From Alloascoidea hylecoeti (taxonomy: Eukaryota): a DNA stretch of 64,000 nt. A program made the position numbers and the translations under genes. The notes beneath the pieces are model-generated. The model ran no database searches, was not told the origin of the DNA, and worked only from the letters and a program-made list of their open reading frames with translations. Location: contig BCKZ01000009.1 of the NCBI GenBank assembly GCA_001600815.1, forward strand, positions 88,194 through 152,193. The letters run 5' to 3'. Positions 1 to 11,001 of this stretch are shown in pieces (position 1 is the stretch's first letter; the number at the start of each line of letters is the position of its first letter).

Positions 1-148
1 TTGGGACGCTGTTGTAGTGGCGTGGATAATGACCATCCTTCGAGTGTAGAAGAGTGAGTAAAATACTCTTTCTGAAGGTTTTTTTGTGTAGCAGATAGTT
101 TAGTGGTCATAATTATCTTTTGTGTAGCAGTATTAGGATCAATAATAA

Positions 149-160
149 GCTCGGCCCCCA
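149..160 (-). promoter_or_regulatory. primer-binding site TGGGGGCCGAGC, probably tRNA-Pro
   Basis: Abuts the LTR 3' end and starts TGG (complementary to tRNA CCA). It resembles the tRNA-Pro PBS TGGGGGCTCG and is absent next to the solo copy. Confidence 0.65.
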
Positions 161-297
161 TGTAAGGATATAGCGATAATTTAGCTGAAGTGAAAATAAC
201 TTATCTTATAAAAAGAGGAAACTACTTACTATTTATATAGGCTTTCATAGCCGGGTAGCTATACTTTAAGTTACAATTGATACCTGAGAACCTGACA
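161..297 (-). mobile_element. 137-bp 5' LTR of an LTR retrotransposon whose body extends off the left edge of the window
   Basis: On the minus strand it reads TGTCAGG...CCTTACA (TG..CA ends, imperfect 7-bp inverted termini) with an internal TATATAAA. It is identical by eye to 25207-25343 and is immediately followed by a TGG-initiated PBS. Confidence 0.85.
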
Positions 298-316
298 ATT
301 TTATAGGTATTTTCTT

Positions 317-1168
317 TTAAGATGTGGTATTATTAAAAAAAGTTTGATAATCCTTATCATTTATTTCTTTTTCAACATCGATGTCAATTTGATTTAATAT
401 AGTAGAACAGTAATCGGAAACCCATCCGAATGGTGTACTGCTCAATAAACACTGGTGAACCGATTGAGTAAAAATATCATTGAAATCTTCTTCGAAAGGT
501 AAATCATCTTTGTTTAGAATTCGAATAGTCGGTCTTTTTAGTTCAACACAAAGTAAATTATTGTATGGTGTTTTTACTAGAAAATCAGGGATAACTCTAT
601 ATTCGAGAGAATGTGATCTCAATGATTGTTGTTGTACAAAATTTAGCGCATCTTGGTCCTGTTAATAAAGAAGCTGTATTAACCTTTTTGTTACTTGAAA
701 GATTCTTTTTACTAGGACAGAAGTAATTTGGGCTTCATTGATTGTCCCATATACTCTAACTATTTCCTGTTGATCTAAAGTTGAGAAAATGATCCGATTT
801 AGGTGGGTTATACCCAAATGTGATAATTTTAATAATAGTAATTGTATATCCTCTGTATAATCAAATTTTGAAACACTTATCAGATTTTACCTGATGTAGT
901 AGCGTTGAACAAGCTTTATTAACGGTAGCTGTAGGTTCGGTTCCTTTTGATTTACTTGTTGGGTCTTCCATGAAAAGGAATCCTCGAGGTTGGTAACTCA
1001 TTATAAACGCGAAAGATAACGATGCATTATTTTCTTTTTGAAACCAATTGGTAATTTGAGGGGCCTGATCATTCAGGGTAGCAATTCATCAACATAGTTG
1101 ATCCAATCGGGATGTTGGAAAAATCTTGTCTTAAAGTTGTTTAATCCTCCTTCTATTATTATTGACAT
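317..1168 (-). pseudogene. decayed gene with PD-(D/E)xK-like motif
   Basis: ATG at 1168 is followed by stops and frameshifts. ORF 317-622 contains IPDFLV...LCVELKRP and FGWVSDY. Confidence 0.45.
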
Positions 1169-1436
1169 TGAAACGGTTTTGTGTGAAATGGGATATCATA
1201 CTTAACAGCCAACTTCCAAGAAATATATAGTATTATTATTAATCAGTAAATGCAAATAATATTAATTTATGTGTGGAGAACACAAACCCGGAAGAAATCT
1301 ATAAAACTTACAGATTACATATAGTTTGAAGTACATTTTTGACGAAAGAAAAAAGATAATCAAGTTTTTGGTCTTTAAGAGTGGATTCTTTAATATTAAC
1401 AGGTTATTGATTGAACTGAAAAAGTCGTGAAAGTAG

Positions 1437-1521
1437 ACAAGTGTCAGGCAGTCCATCATTTATTGGTTGAGTTATTGATTATTGAGTTTTCGACTACCGA
1501 GACATAGTTGTGAGTCTGTGT
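1437..1521 (+). repeat. ~85-bp dispersed repeat, copy 1
   Basis: Core TTGGTTGAGTTATTGATTATTGAGTTTTCGACTACCGAGACATA is shared with ~16324-16408. Confidence 0.8.
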
Positions 1522-2525
1522 TCTAAATTACTTATAAGATCTTTTAATAGAGTTATACACTACAGTGAACTTTAAGTCAATTAATTTTATGCTTAACGTA
1601 AATCTTTATTTCTTATTCTAATTTATTTATTTGGTGTTGACTAATTTTCGGCCAACTTTAACTTTTGAATTCGTGGTTGTGGATAAAAAGTGTTTTCTGG
1701 TTTCTATTCACTGAGCACTGACTGTACATCTGTACATATTCATATTAACATTATTGTAGTAATACGGGCCCAATTTTCCGGTCACTCTGTTTGGTCCAGC
1801 TAGGTTTGATTCAGACCGCGACATTCACGGTAACACTGACTGACATTTTCTATATGAGATAACCGAGCCTATTCTCACTTAATTAAATCTAGGGTTTAAC
1901 TGCAGGAATCTTCGATCCCGTTGGGCTTATATCTTATTCAACACAATACGTCTAAAGTTCTCTCACTTACGTATTTCATTATTTTATTACTAGTACTGTT
2001 TAGCTCAAGCGCTAGTTCATCAGGTCCTCCATTTTTTCTAGGGTTCAGAATAAGTACTATCATCATGATCAGATAGAAAGTTGCTACTATATCATTCATA
2101 TATATGTATAAGGCATCTTTTTGAAACCCCGTCCCTTGAAATAAATGCAATAAGTGATTACCGTACTTGAATATTTGCTCATCTTTGTCTAACATTAACA
2201 TTTTTGTTATCGTATTTCAAATTCAATGATACAATACATCACTAGTGTTTATATATTTGCTCATTTCCACATTAAGAAGTTACTTTCTTCATCGATGAGG
2301 AAAAATAAAAAATAAAAAATAAATAACAATTGAAAACAAAATCAAGAAAGTTTATATTCTTTTTTCAATAAATAAATAAATGAATATAAATACTATAAGT
2401 ATGTCTATTTTTCCTTTAAAGTTTAAGTTCGAACTTTAAATTCTATCATCATAATATAATTTAACTAAAAGCTAATTATTTGTGTTTCTTTATCATATTG
2501 CAAGAAAAATTAAAAAAAAAATTAA

Positions 2526-4434
2526 ATGGTGGACACAAAGGTAACCTCCTCTGTTACTGTTTATCCAAGTTCAGATAATAATCCTGATAGAGGTAGTCAA
2601 ATCGGACCCCACGATCAAAATGATGATCTTGAAGATCCTGTAAATTCATCGTTAAAGAATAAGTTAAAGGATTGGGATACAAGAAGAAGTCTCTTGACTT
2701 GGTTATTAATTTGTTATTCGGTAAGTATAAACTCCATATGGCGGTTAATGCTATTAATCCATTAAAATCATCACTATTATTATAATTACTATTTCCATTA
2801 AATATACTAACTTTCTAAATTTAAGACTGGACCAACATCATCAATGGCTAAAACTTATGTTCCTGCTGCTATTCAATCAGCTGCAAATGCTCTTGGCCAT
2901 CAACCTGGCTCTACTAAGCCGTGTTTGAAAAAGGGAGGTGACTGTCTTGTGAAATTTGGCGCCGGTGAGGTTAGAATGAACAGTTATGTGTAAGTATTAT
3001 TAATATATGAGGTCTTATTGGGTTATAGATAAACTGGATTTATAAGTGACTGGGAGAGTTTTTTAATTTTATAATTATCATCATCACTAACCAAAAGTGA
3101 TAAATTTTCTTTTTATAATTAGTCTATATCTACGAGCAATTTTCACTGCTGTTGAAGGGGTATTAACAATATTCACATCCCAACTTGCCGATTATTCAAA
3201 TAATAAGAAAAAAATAATGATTGGAACAATTATAACTTTTGGAATAATTGCACTTCCATTTGCTGGTTTAAAAGATAAAACATATCCTGTTTTAAGAGCA
3301 ATGTCAGCTCTTTATATTCTTTTAAATTCAATTGATGCAATTTATGAAACATTGGAAGGTTCTTATATTCCCATATTTATGAGAGCTAGAGTTAAGTCTA
3401 AAGGAACTGTTGCTGAAGATGTTAGAAGGGATATTGTTTTAAAAAGAGGAAGTGTTGTTAGTGTATTGGGTATTTTTATTGGAAATGTTGGTGGTCTTAC
3501 AGCACTATTAATTGGAATAATTATATCCTATTCAAGGGGATTTGCTTACGAAAAAGGATATGAAAAGTAAGTATTCCAGTTATGAAATTAATTTTATCAT
3601 AAGCACTAACAAAAATTCAGCTTTTTATTGGCAATTACAATAGCTGGTTGTATCACTATTGCCTTTTGTATTATAGGTGCATTTTTGATTCCATCAGTTA
3701 AAGGTTTGAAAAAACCACCAAATACATCATATTTAAAATTAAGTATTAACAGAATTTTTGGTCTATTCAGAGGAATTAAAAATTATCCAGAAGCTTTCAA
3801 ACTTTGTATTGCATGGGTTATATGGAATGTTTCATATACCAATTTTCTTTCAGTATTTGCACTTCTTTTCAGAAGCACCTTGGGTTTAGGAACAACAGAT
3901 GGTGAATATACTATTTATACTTTTATGTCATATATTGTTGCTTCAATTGGATCACTTGCATGGATGTTTTTATACCCACGCACAAGATTAGGAATTAAAG
4001 GATGGGCATATATCTTCCTTTCAATTAATTTATTTACTAATTTTTGGGGGTGTCTAGGAATCAGTAATAATTTAACAGTTGGTTTTAAACATCGAGCAGA
4101 ATTTTGGGTTTTTGAAATTTTTTTTGTTAGTAGTAGTAGTGCATTAAGATCACTTAATCGTGTTTTATACAGTACTTTACTTCCTGAAGGTAATGAAGCA
4201 CAATATTTTGGACTTGAAATTTTCCTTGGTGTTGCTACTGGTTGGATTGGAACACTTGTTATTGCTGTTATTCAAGATAGGACTGGGAATGATAGATATC
4301 CATTTTTACCAAATTTATTTCTTGTTATGATTTCAGCAGGAATTTATTTTTGGGTTGATGCTGAAAAAGGGATGAGAGAAGCACAAAAGTTGGTTTCAAA
4401 AGATTCAGATGAAGAATCAGAGGAAGAGGATTGA
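2526..4434 (+). CDS. Atg22-like MFS transporter, 4 exons (2526-2720, 2826-2989, 3123-3566, 3621-4434)
   Basis: Three GTAAGT..AG introns join the ORFs in frame. Exon 2 encodes TYVPAAIQ..GH..PC...CLVKFG. Many TM segments; LLPEGNEAQYFGL motif. Confidence 0.8.
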
Positions 4435-4863
4435 AAATTGTTAACATTATAGCTACTAATTAATATATCTAGATTTGTAATTTATAACATATTAGCCTCT
4501 ACATATTTTATTGTTGGATATCATATGGCATACTTGAGTTCACGATAATTTTGACATTTATAATAGTATGCACTATGTAGCATTATAATTATAGAAAGTT
4601 TAGCCGTATTATGTCTCCGCCGTACGTATCTTATCTTTGATTATCCATAGTTCAACAGTAAAAAATGATCTCTGTTGTCAATTAATGTATATTAAAGTCG
4701 TTGCTGTATAAATATCATATACAAATGGATATTTTTATACAGTTCTATAAAAGCAGTCACATTCGCCAGACTTCCTAGCTATAAAGAGTGAAGTCCATAA
4801 CACCTTTCTTTTCTTCCAATTGATATTTGTTACTGAAATAACAACGATTTAAACTATTGGAAT

Positions 4864-4957
4864 ATGTTCTTACACAAAATACTTAAGATGAAATTAGATT
4901 TCATTTCTAATCTCCATTATGAAATATTTGAAATAATCTTCTTAGATTTTCCACCCA
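4864..4957 (+). pseudogene. 5' fragment of the F-box/WD40 family gene (copy A), cut by a transposon arm
   Basis: ATGTTCTTACACAAAATACTTAAG...TTCTTAGATTTTCCACCC aligns with the start of 21841. Confidence 0.75.
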
Positions 4958-5308
4958 CATTCGACCAGCTTCTCACTTAACTTCGGCCACCTTTCTTTCA
5001 ATATTTCGTCACCTTTATGTCAAAAAAAAAAAAATAGTCAAAACAAGTCTTTCAAAACCATCAAAGGTATTAAGAGAATTCTGAACTTCCATCAACAATA
5101 TTAAGATTCAAAGTTTCGAAAGATCGGTTTTGCTGCCGAATATTTAGTACGAGGTGGCCGAACTTTAGTGAGAAACTGGTCTACACACACATCAGGTGAT
5201 CGAATGTTTAATTTAACATATGGGCGAATATTTACGCATAGATGGACGAATACTTAAACCTACGAGTGGTCGATAATAAAAGACACGATATAGGTATGCA
5301 AAGTACTG
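4958..5308. mobile_element. non-autonomous foldback/MITE-like element with inverted arms made of ~23-bp subrepeats
   Basis: 4961-4992 and 5152-5183 are an imperfect inverted repeat. The right end reads TA|CAGTACTTTGC on the minus strand; the arms carry TATTCGNCCA units. Confidence 0.6.
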
Positions 5309-5758
5309 TATCCAAATCCTTGAGAAAATATATAAGATGTAGAGGTTTTTCGATCTGTGATTTCCTAACTCCAATAGTTTCTAGTAAGAAGTTTCAGTTG
5401 GAAATTATAAAGTTTAAATTTATATGTAGTTGAGCAAAACAAGAAAAGTACCATCGATGCCAGTGATACCTATGAAACATGGTTTAACAGGAAATTCAGT
5501 CTGCAAAACGAAAGCCGGAGTCTTTATTCTTTTCATTGTAGGAAGGTTTATAGCTATAGCTATGTATAGGTAATTAGTCACAAGAGAATCTTTCTTTAAT
5601 CTACTCCGATAATTTACTATTCCATATGGCAAGAAATTCTGTTAAAAAGTGCATTAGTAAAAGAAACACAACTAAACTAAACTGATTAAAAATATGTATT
5701 TTGCATATAAAGCTATCAACTAAAGAAATTACTAAACAAAATATGAGTTTCCAATAGA

Positions 5759-6897
5759 CTATAAATGTTTTAAATATTTTTTCCTTAAATTGTTGGTAAA
5801 ATCATAAATAATAAGATCATCATTCATATTAGAAGCAGCTAGTCTTTTCGAATCAGCACAAATTGAAAAAAAAGGAATTGGATTTAATTTTTTATTTTTA
5901 AATTTTTTAAATAATTTTAAATCATTTAATTTCCAAATCTTAATAGTACAATCATCATCAACCGAAATGACTTTACTATTAATTATTGATAAACTGTGTA
6001 CTCTTTGTTCTGATAAAATATTAATTTTATTTGTTTGTAAATCCACAACCTCTAAGTTGTAGTAGGCACTAACAAATAAATATTGATCGTTTACCCAAAG
6101 CAATTTATAGTATCGAACGGAAATTCTTGGATTATTTGACCAGTTTCAATGTTCAGGGATCTTACACCCCGAGCTTCAGATACCATACAGTATATAATAT
6201 TATTATGAATGCAAGTACGACCAATTCATTCTTCTATACAGTATTGAAATTTAAACTGTAGTTGATGTTTCAAATCATCAAAACTTAATGTCCAAACCCC
6301 GATAGATCCAAAACCACAACATACAATATAATCATCGTATGAAGCACCATTTGAAACTAAATAGTTTCCTAGTGATGATGTAAGACGATCTATTGGTTTA
6401 GAATCTGGTAAATTCCAAATTATACAAGAACCATCCATTAAACCAGAAACCAAATATTCATCATTAATATCCATATTTATAACACCATCGAAATGGAATA
6501 TTTCATCATTCTTTTCTATTAACTCCAAAAATTCAGTTTCTGATATTGATATACCCATTTTTGAAGAATTGTAGTTTAGTTTTCCTAATATTCTTAAACA
6601 TTGAAAGGTTTCATTATCCCAAATTCTTATTATGCAATCTTGTGAACCAGTTATAATCCAGTTTTTAAAACATTTAACACAATCAATATGTGCGGGCAGA
6701 AACACCACTTAATTCACGCTTTGTAAATTTACCATTTTTCCATATATCATCATTATCAACTATATATTCGTTTCCATGATTTAAAAACTCTTCTACAATT
6801 AAGTAAAGTTGTTAGTGGAAAATCTAAGAAGATTAAATTCATGAGGGAGATCGGAAACAGAATCTAATGTCATCCTAAGTTTTTTATGTAACGACAT
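5759..6897 (-). pseudogene. F-box/WD40 pseudogene (copy B)
   Basis: MSLHKKLRMTLDSVSDLP start at 6897, then frameshifts. ORF pieces 6226-6708 and 5759-6103 end in LRKKYLKHL. Confidence 0.9.
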
Positions 6898-7555
6898 ATT
6901 GCAATTAATGTCGTCTATTCGTGGTTATCAATAATGTTAAGGGTGTTTGCAATAATAGTGGGAGGAAAAGAGAATGAGAGGGATTATGTTCAATATTATC
7001 TAGTGACGTGATGGTTAATCTGTGACAGAATTGATAGGTAAGAGGTGTACGAATATGCGTGTTTGTGGGTAATCGTCACTTGACTTTGAGAACCTATATC
7101 ATTCACCAAAAAATATGGATTACCTAAATTTTTTCTATAAATAAACTACTTATCCAAATAGCTATAGATTCTCCTCACAATTTTCTATTCGTTGCTTTGT
7201 TTCTAATTCAAGGTTGAAGGGTTTCTTTTTTATCCTGTTTTTGATTGTATTTTTCTCGAATTCAGCTATCAACACTTTTAAATAACAAGGATAACTACAA
7301 TGGAAATAAGTAGAGTATTATAATATCAGTGATTATATAATCTTATATTATATAAGGTATTATATATTCGCAATTGATTGTTAGTTATTATATATCTTTT
7401 TATAATATTTAGAAATCCATATAAAAAAGTAAGAGCATAACATTAATTGCATTTAATATGCGCACGTAAATAAAGAAGGGGAATAGTTAGTATAATGGTG
7501 TGTGACAGTTTATTCGCCATTCATTATATATCACAAGTTTGACAAATTTGCATTG

Positions 7556-9478
7556 TTACTTAAATTGAGACTTCGAAAATACAGTATCCAAAAATGATTT
7601 TGCAATGGCTTTTGCTTGTTCCTCAATAAAAACAATCGTTGAAGATTTTTTCAAAGAAGGAATAAATAACATTATAAGCCATATCATAACAACAGAGCAC
7701 ATAATACCAATCCATGCATTACTTACGATGTATTTTGTCTCAATATTTTTGTAAGTACTATTTTTAGGAAGATAATACTTTTGTGTACCATTTAAATCAA
7801 TATCTTTAAAATATAATGGCCTGGTTGCAAATCCATAATCCTCAGTACTAATTTCTTTTTCTACAGTTATATTTTTATGTTGATGTAACCATTTATATCT
7901 GATGAAGAGTGGATTATGAACTGGTATACCCCAAAATGTACTTTCACCGTATTTGGCTGTGCAATTCAATAAATTATCAACAGTTAGGCCACGTATATCC
8001 AATACACTAACGTTTAAAAAAAGTATACGCGTATCATTGATGCCGCAACTGAAAAGGTAAAATTGTGTCTCGTCCATTTCGCTATTCGTGTGAGTATATG
8101 AAGTATGATCAACAGCGCTGTATAATCTTGGATCTGAGAGTAAATCTAACCATGGAACGCCATTAACCATACTGTCTTCAAAATCTATTATAGTAGTTGT
8201 ATTTTCGACGTTAACTTCAAGATAATGAAGCATTTCTGTTGTCATTATTCCATCTTCTATGGAACCATTTATTAATCCAACATAGGCAGTTCTTCCCCAG
8301 TCATTTCCTTGTTCACCAACATTAAATGATGTCCCGTAATACATATAATAAATTGACATTTTATAATAATTTTCTTTTGATGGATCATAAGTATCTAACT
8401 GAAAATATTCCTTATCTATTAATAACTGTCGTAGTATACTGTGTTCAGAAGTGAGATGTACGATACCACTCTTTTCCACTCCAGGCTTGAATACGTTTGA
8501 CAATCTTGAAGTGTATGAACCATTGGGGATTGATATGAGCGGTATAGGAACAAAATCAATTGAATTGTCATTAGCTGTAAATATAGTTGAAAATCCACCT
8601 GCGTTAATTAATGAATGATTTTTAAAGTAATACGCTGTTTCCTTCAACTGTTGGATGGAACCAAATGAAATATTATAAAGAGATATGCTTTGATTGTTGA
8701 ATGTTTCTTCTATTTCAAGATGTTTCGCCATTTCAGTAGCATATAAACCCATCATAATGTCCTCACTAGCAAGAAACCCATTTATTCTACTTGGTCGTCC
8801 ATTAGTATGCAAGGGATGTTCATCATAGAAATGTGACCATGCATACATCTGATTTGTGAATTGGGCATTGATAAACGAATAACCGGTTTCATTTACATAA
8901 ATCTTTGAACCATACTCTTCTGATTCTGGATTTGGCAATATGAACACAGGTTCAGTTCCATAGAGAATTGGAACACTAAGAATCCTAGAAGCACCCAAAC
9001 CTAATATGTATAAAATNATTGTAAATATACTTTGAAATGTTCCTAAAGCTATTGGATATGATTTCCATTTATCCTGAACTGAAGTAGTAGAATTTATTGA
9101 AGTCTTATGATTTTCACCTTGCTCTAAATCCAGATTGCCAAGTTCTGTTACATGGCCACTGCTAGTACTAGTAATATTCAAAGACATTGGTTCAATTCTT
9201 AGTTCATCCAATTTTTGATCGCCACTATTAGCTATAGAATTTTCATCGTTAAGCAACCCAGATTCAGTTTCTTTAAATTTCCCATCTCCTCGAGCCCCTC
9301 CAAACATCTCCTTAATAGATTGAAGTAATAAGAGAGAGTTAGCATTATTTAGTACCAACCATAGATTCGCAGCCTTGATACTGTTTGATACTCGATCAGC
9401 AACTATAAGGATTATCTGACCGGAAGCATGACCTACTACAAGTGACAAGATTACTAGTGCGATATGGTCTAAAATCAT
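7556..9478 (-). CDS. 640-aa orphan membrane protein with large N-glycosylation-site-rich domain between TM segments
   Basis: Long intronless ORF with hydrophobic segments at the N-terminus, ~aa 140-170 and ~aa 585-605, and many NxS/T sites. One ambiguous base at 9017. Confidence 0.75.
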   Translation of the reverse strand: MILDHIALVILSLVVGHASGQIILIVADRVSNSIKAANLWLVLNNANSLLLLQSIKEMFGGARGDGKFKETESGLLNDENSIANSGDQKLDELRIEPMSLNITSTSSGHVTELGNLDLEQGENHKTSINSTTSVQDKWKSYPIALGTFQSIFTXILYILGLGASRILSVPILYGTEPVFILPNPESEEYGSKIYVNETGYSFINAQFTNQMYAWSHFYDEHPLHTNGRPSRINGFLASEDIMMGLYATEMAKHLEIEETFNNQSISLYNISFGSIQQLKETAYYFKNHSLINAGGFSTIFTANDNSIDFVPIPLISIPNGSYTSRLSNVFKPGVEKSGIVHLTSEHSILRQLLIDKEYFQLDTYDPSKENYYKMSIYYMYYGTSFNVGEQGNDWGRTAYVGLINGSIEDGIMTTEMLHYLEVNVENTTTIIDFEDSMVNGVPWLDLLSDPRLYSAVDHTSYTHTNSEMDETQFYLFSCGINDTRILFLNVSVLDIRGLTVDNLLNCTAKYGESTFWGIPVHNPLFIRYKWLHQHKNITVEKEISTEDYGFATRPLYFKDIDLNGTQKYYLPKNSTYKNIETKYIVSNAWIGIMCSVVMIWLIMLFIPSLKKSSTIVFIEEQAKAIAKSFLDTVFSKSQFK

Positions 9479-10103
9479 TTCTTTTTTGGGTTTCGATCAG
9501 TAGATTGAATTATACTTGAAGAAGGGGAAACCGTTTTATAGCTTCAAAACATGAGCATAGTCAATATTGATGCTAAGAAAAACAGTGTTTCATAGTCACT
9601 GCCACCGACCATTAGGATCGTATTTGATGATATCCGGATGACTGAATTCCTAAATTGTAACTGCTTCTTATATTTTTATCCGAAATATTTGGATCTCCAT
9701 GCAATGTTTTGAGTTTCTTGGCATTGGTATGGGTATGGAGCACTCATACTCATAGTAAAAAATAATGGTAGCCTATATTATTGCAAATAGGTACTTATAC
9801 ATATTATTCAATTAATCTAGATAAGAAAGTAGATATTTTAGAGAGAGCAGAAATAAAATAAATAAGAATCTATATATATGAATAAATCCCAAGCCGTATA
9901 ATCTTCAAAATGGTTACTAATACATAGTAAATTTACGGGATATTATAATATGGATACCTATGAGTATTACCCCCACCGGACCTACCCAGCTCGATTCTAT
10001 TTGGCAAAATAGGGCGCCTTTCAAGGCCTATACATCGCATATGTTGAGTGTTCACTAAAGAAAATAAAAGAGGTTGTTAAATAAAATACGAATTTTTAAT
10101 CGA

Positions 10104-10270
10104 CTATAAATGTTTTAAATATTTTTTCCTTAAATTATCTGGATAATCAAATACTTTAAATGGTTTTAGATCATTTTAATTCCAAATCTTAATAGTATAA
10201 TAGTCAACTGCATATCCATGAGTAGATGGAAGGAATTTATATTGAAGTGCCTGTTGGAACCAGTTATGCC
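10104..10270 (-). pseudogene. collapsed F-box/WD40 remnant (copy C)
   Basis: Encodes DNLRKKYLKHL* plus pieces of TIKIW and ITGS segments. Confidence 0.7.
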
Positions 10271-10548
10271 AAAATCAGAACGACTTCTGGTGGACTGCCC
10301 GAAAGTGTCAATATCAAACCGAATTAAGAAGACACTGATTTGTGTGTCAGCCAGCAGTGAAATGATAAGAGAACTTCTAAAATATAGTGTGTACTGAAAA
10401 GAAGGCATTCTAATAAATTTAGAAAAGCTATCACAATTTTTATAACCATCTTCTGTAATTTATCTACAGGCCCTACTAATTGTAGCTGAATCATGAATTA
10501 TTCTTCCACGTATTAATTTCCCTATCAAATTGTATCAATTTCCTAATA

Positions 10549-10806
10549 CGGTACTTTGCGTAAATATCGACCACTCGTTGACCTAAATAGTAGCCCAAAA
10601 TTGAAAACCTATTCTCCCATATGTTGGATTAATAATTCAAACACCTGATGTAATAATACTCGACCACTTGATCCAATAGATATTCCTCCACATGATGCAC
10701 AAGCTATTCGACCAACTTTAGTACAAGTTACCCATAAATACTGGGCGACGTCTTCAACCGCATTAAAATTAAATTGGAACCATCCTTTGAGTTAAACATT
10801 CGGCCA
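10549..10806 (+). mobile_element. transposon terminal arm: TA|CGGTACTTTGCG followed by ~11 degenerate TATTCGACCA units
   Basis: Unit ends at 10573, 10597, 10619, 10643, 10666, 10690, 10714, 10734, 10760, 10782, 10806. Homologous to the minus strand of 5133-5308 and to 21128-21314. Confidence 0.6.
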
Positions 10807-11001
10807 TTATTATACTACCATGAATAGAAAATTTCATTTTAGGTTTTACCCAAGTTACTATATATATTTAACCTGTATCTTTAATAAAAAATGTAATAAC
10901 AAGAATGCTACTGTACATGTATACATTTATTTTAAAGTTTCAACAATTCATAAGTAATATCGATATTACTGCATATCGTAGACTTTTTTTGATCATGAAT
11001 T

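Noticed and set aside
1938..2201. 87-aa ORF and other short ORFs in the accessory zone (e.g. 16741, 20058, 27109, 29415)
   Set aside because: No recognisable motif; low-complexity or antisense to relic sequence.
10564..10806. CRISPR-like repeat-spacer appearance
   Set aside because: Eukaryotic context, 10-bp degenerate motif, ~13-bp spacers conserved between loci and no cas genes; better explained as transposon subterminal repeats.
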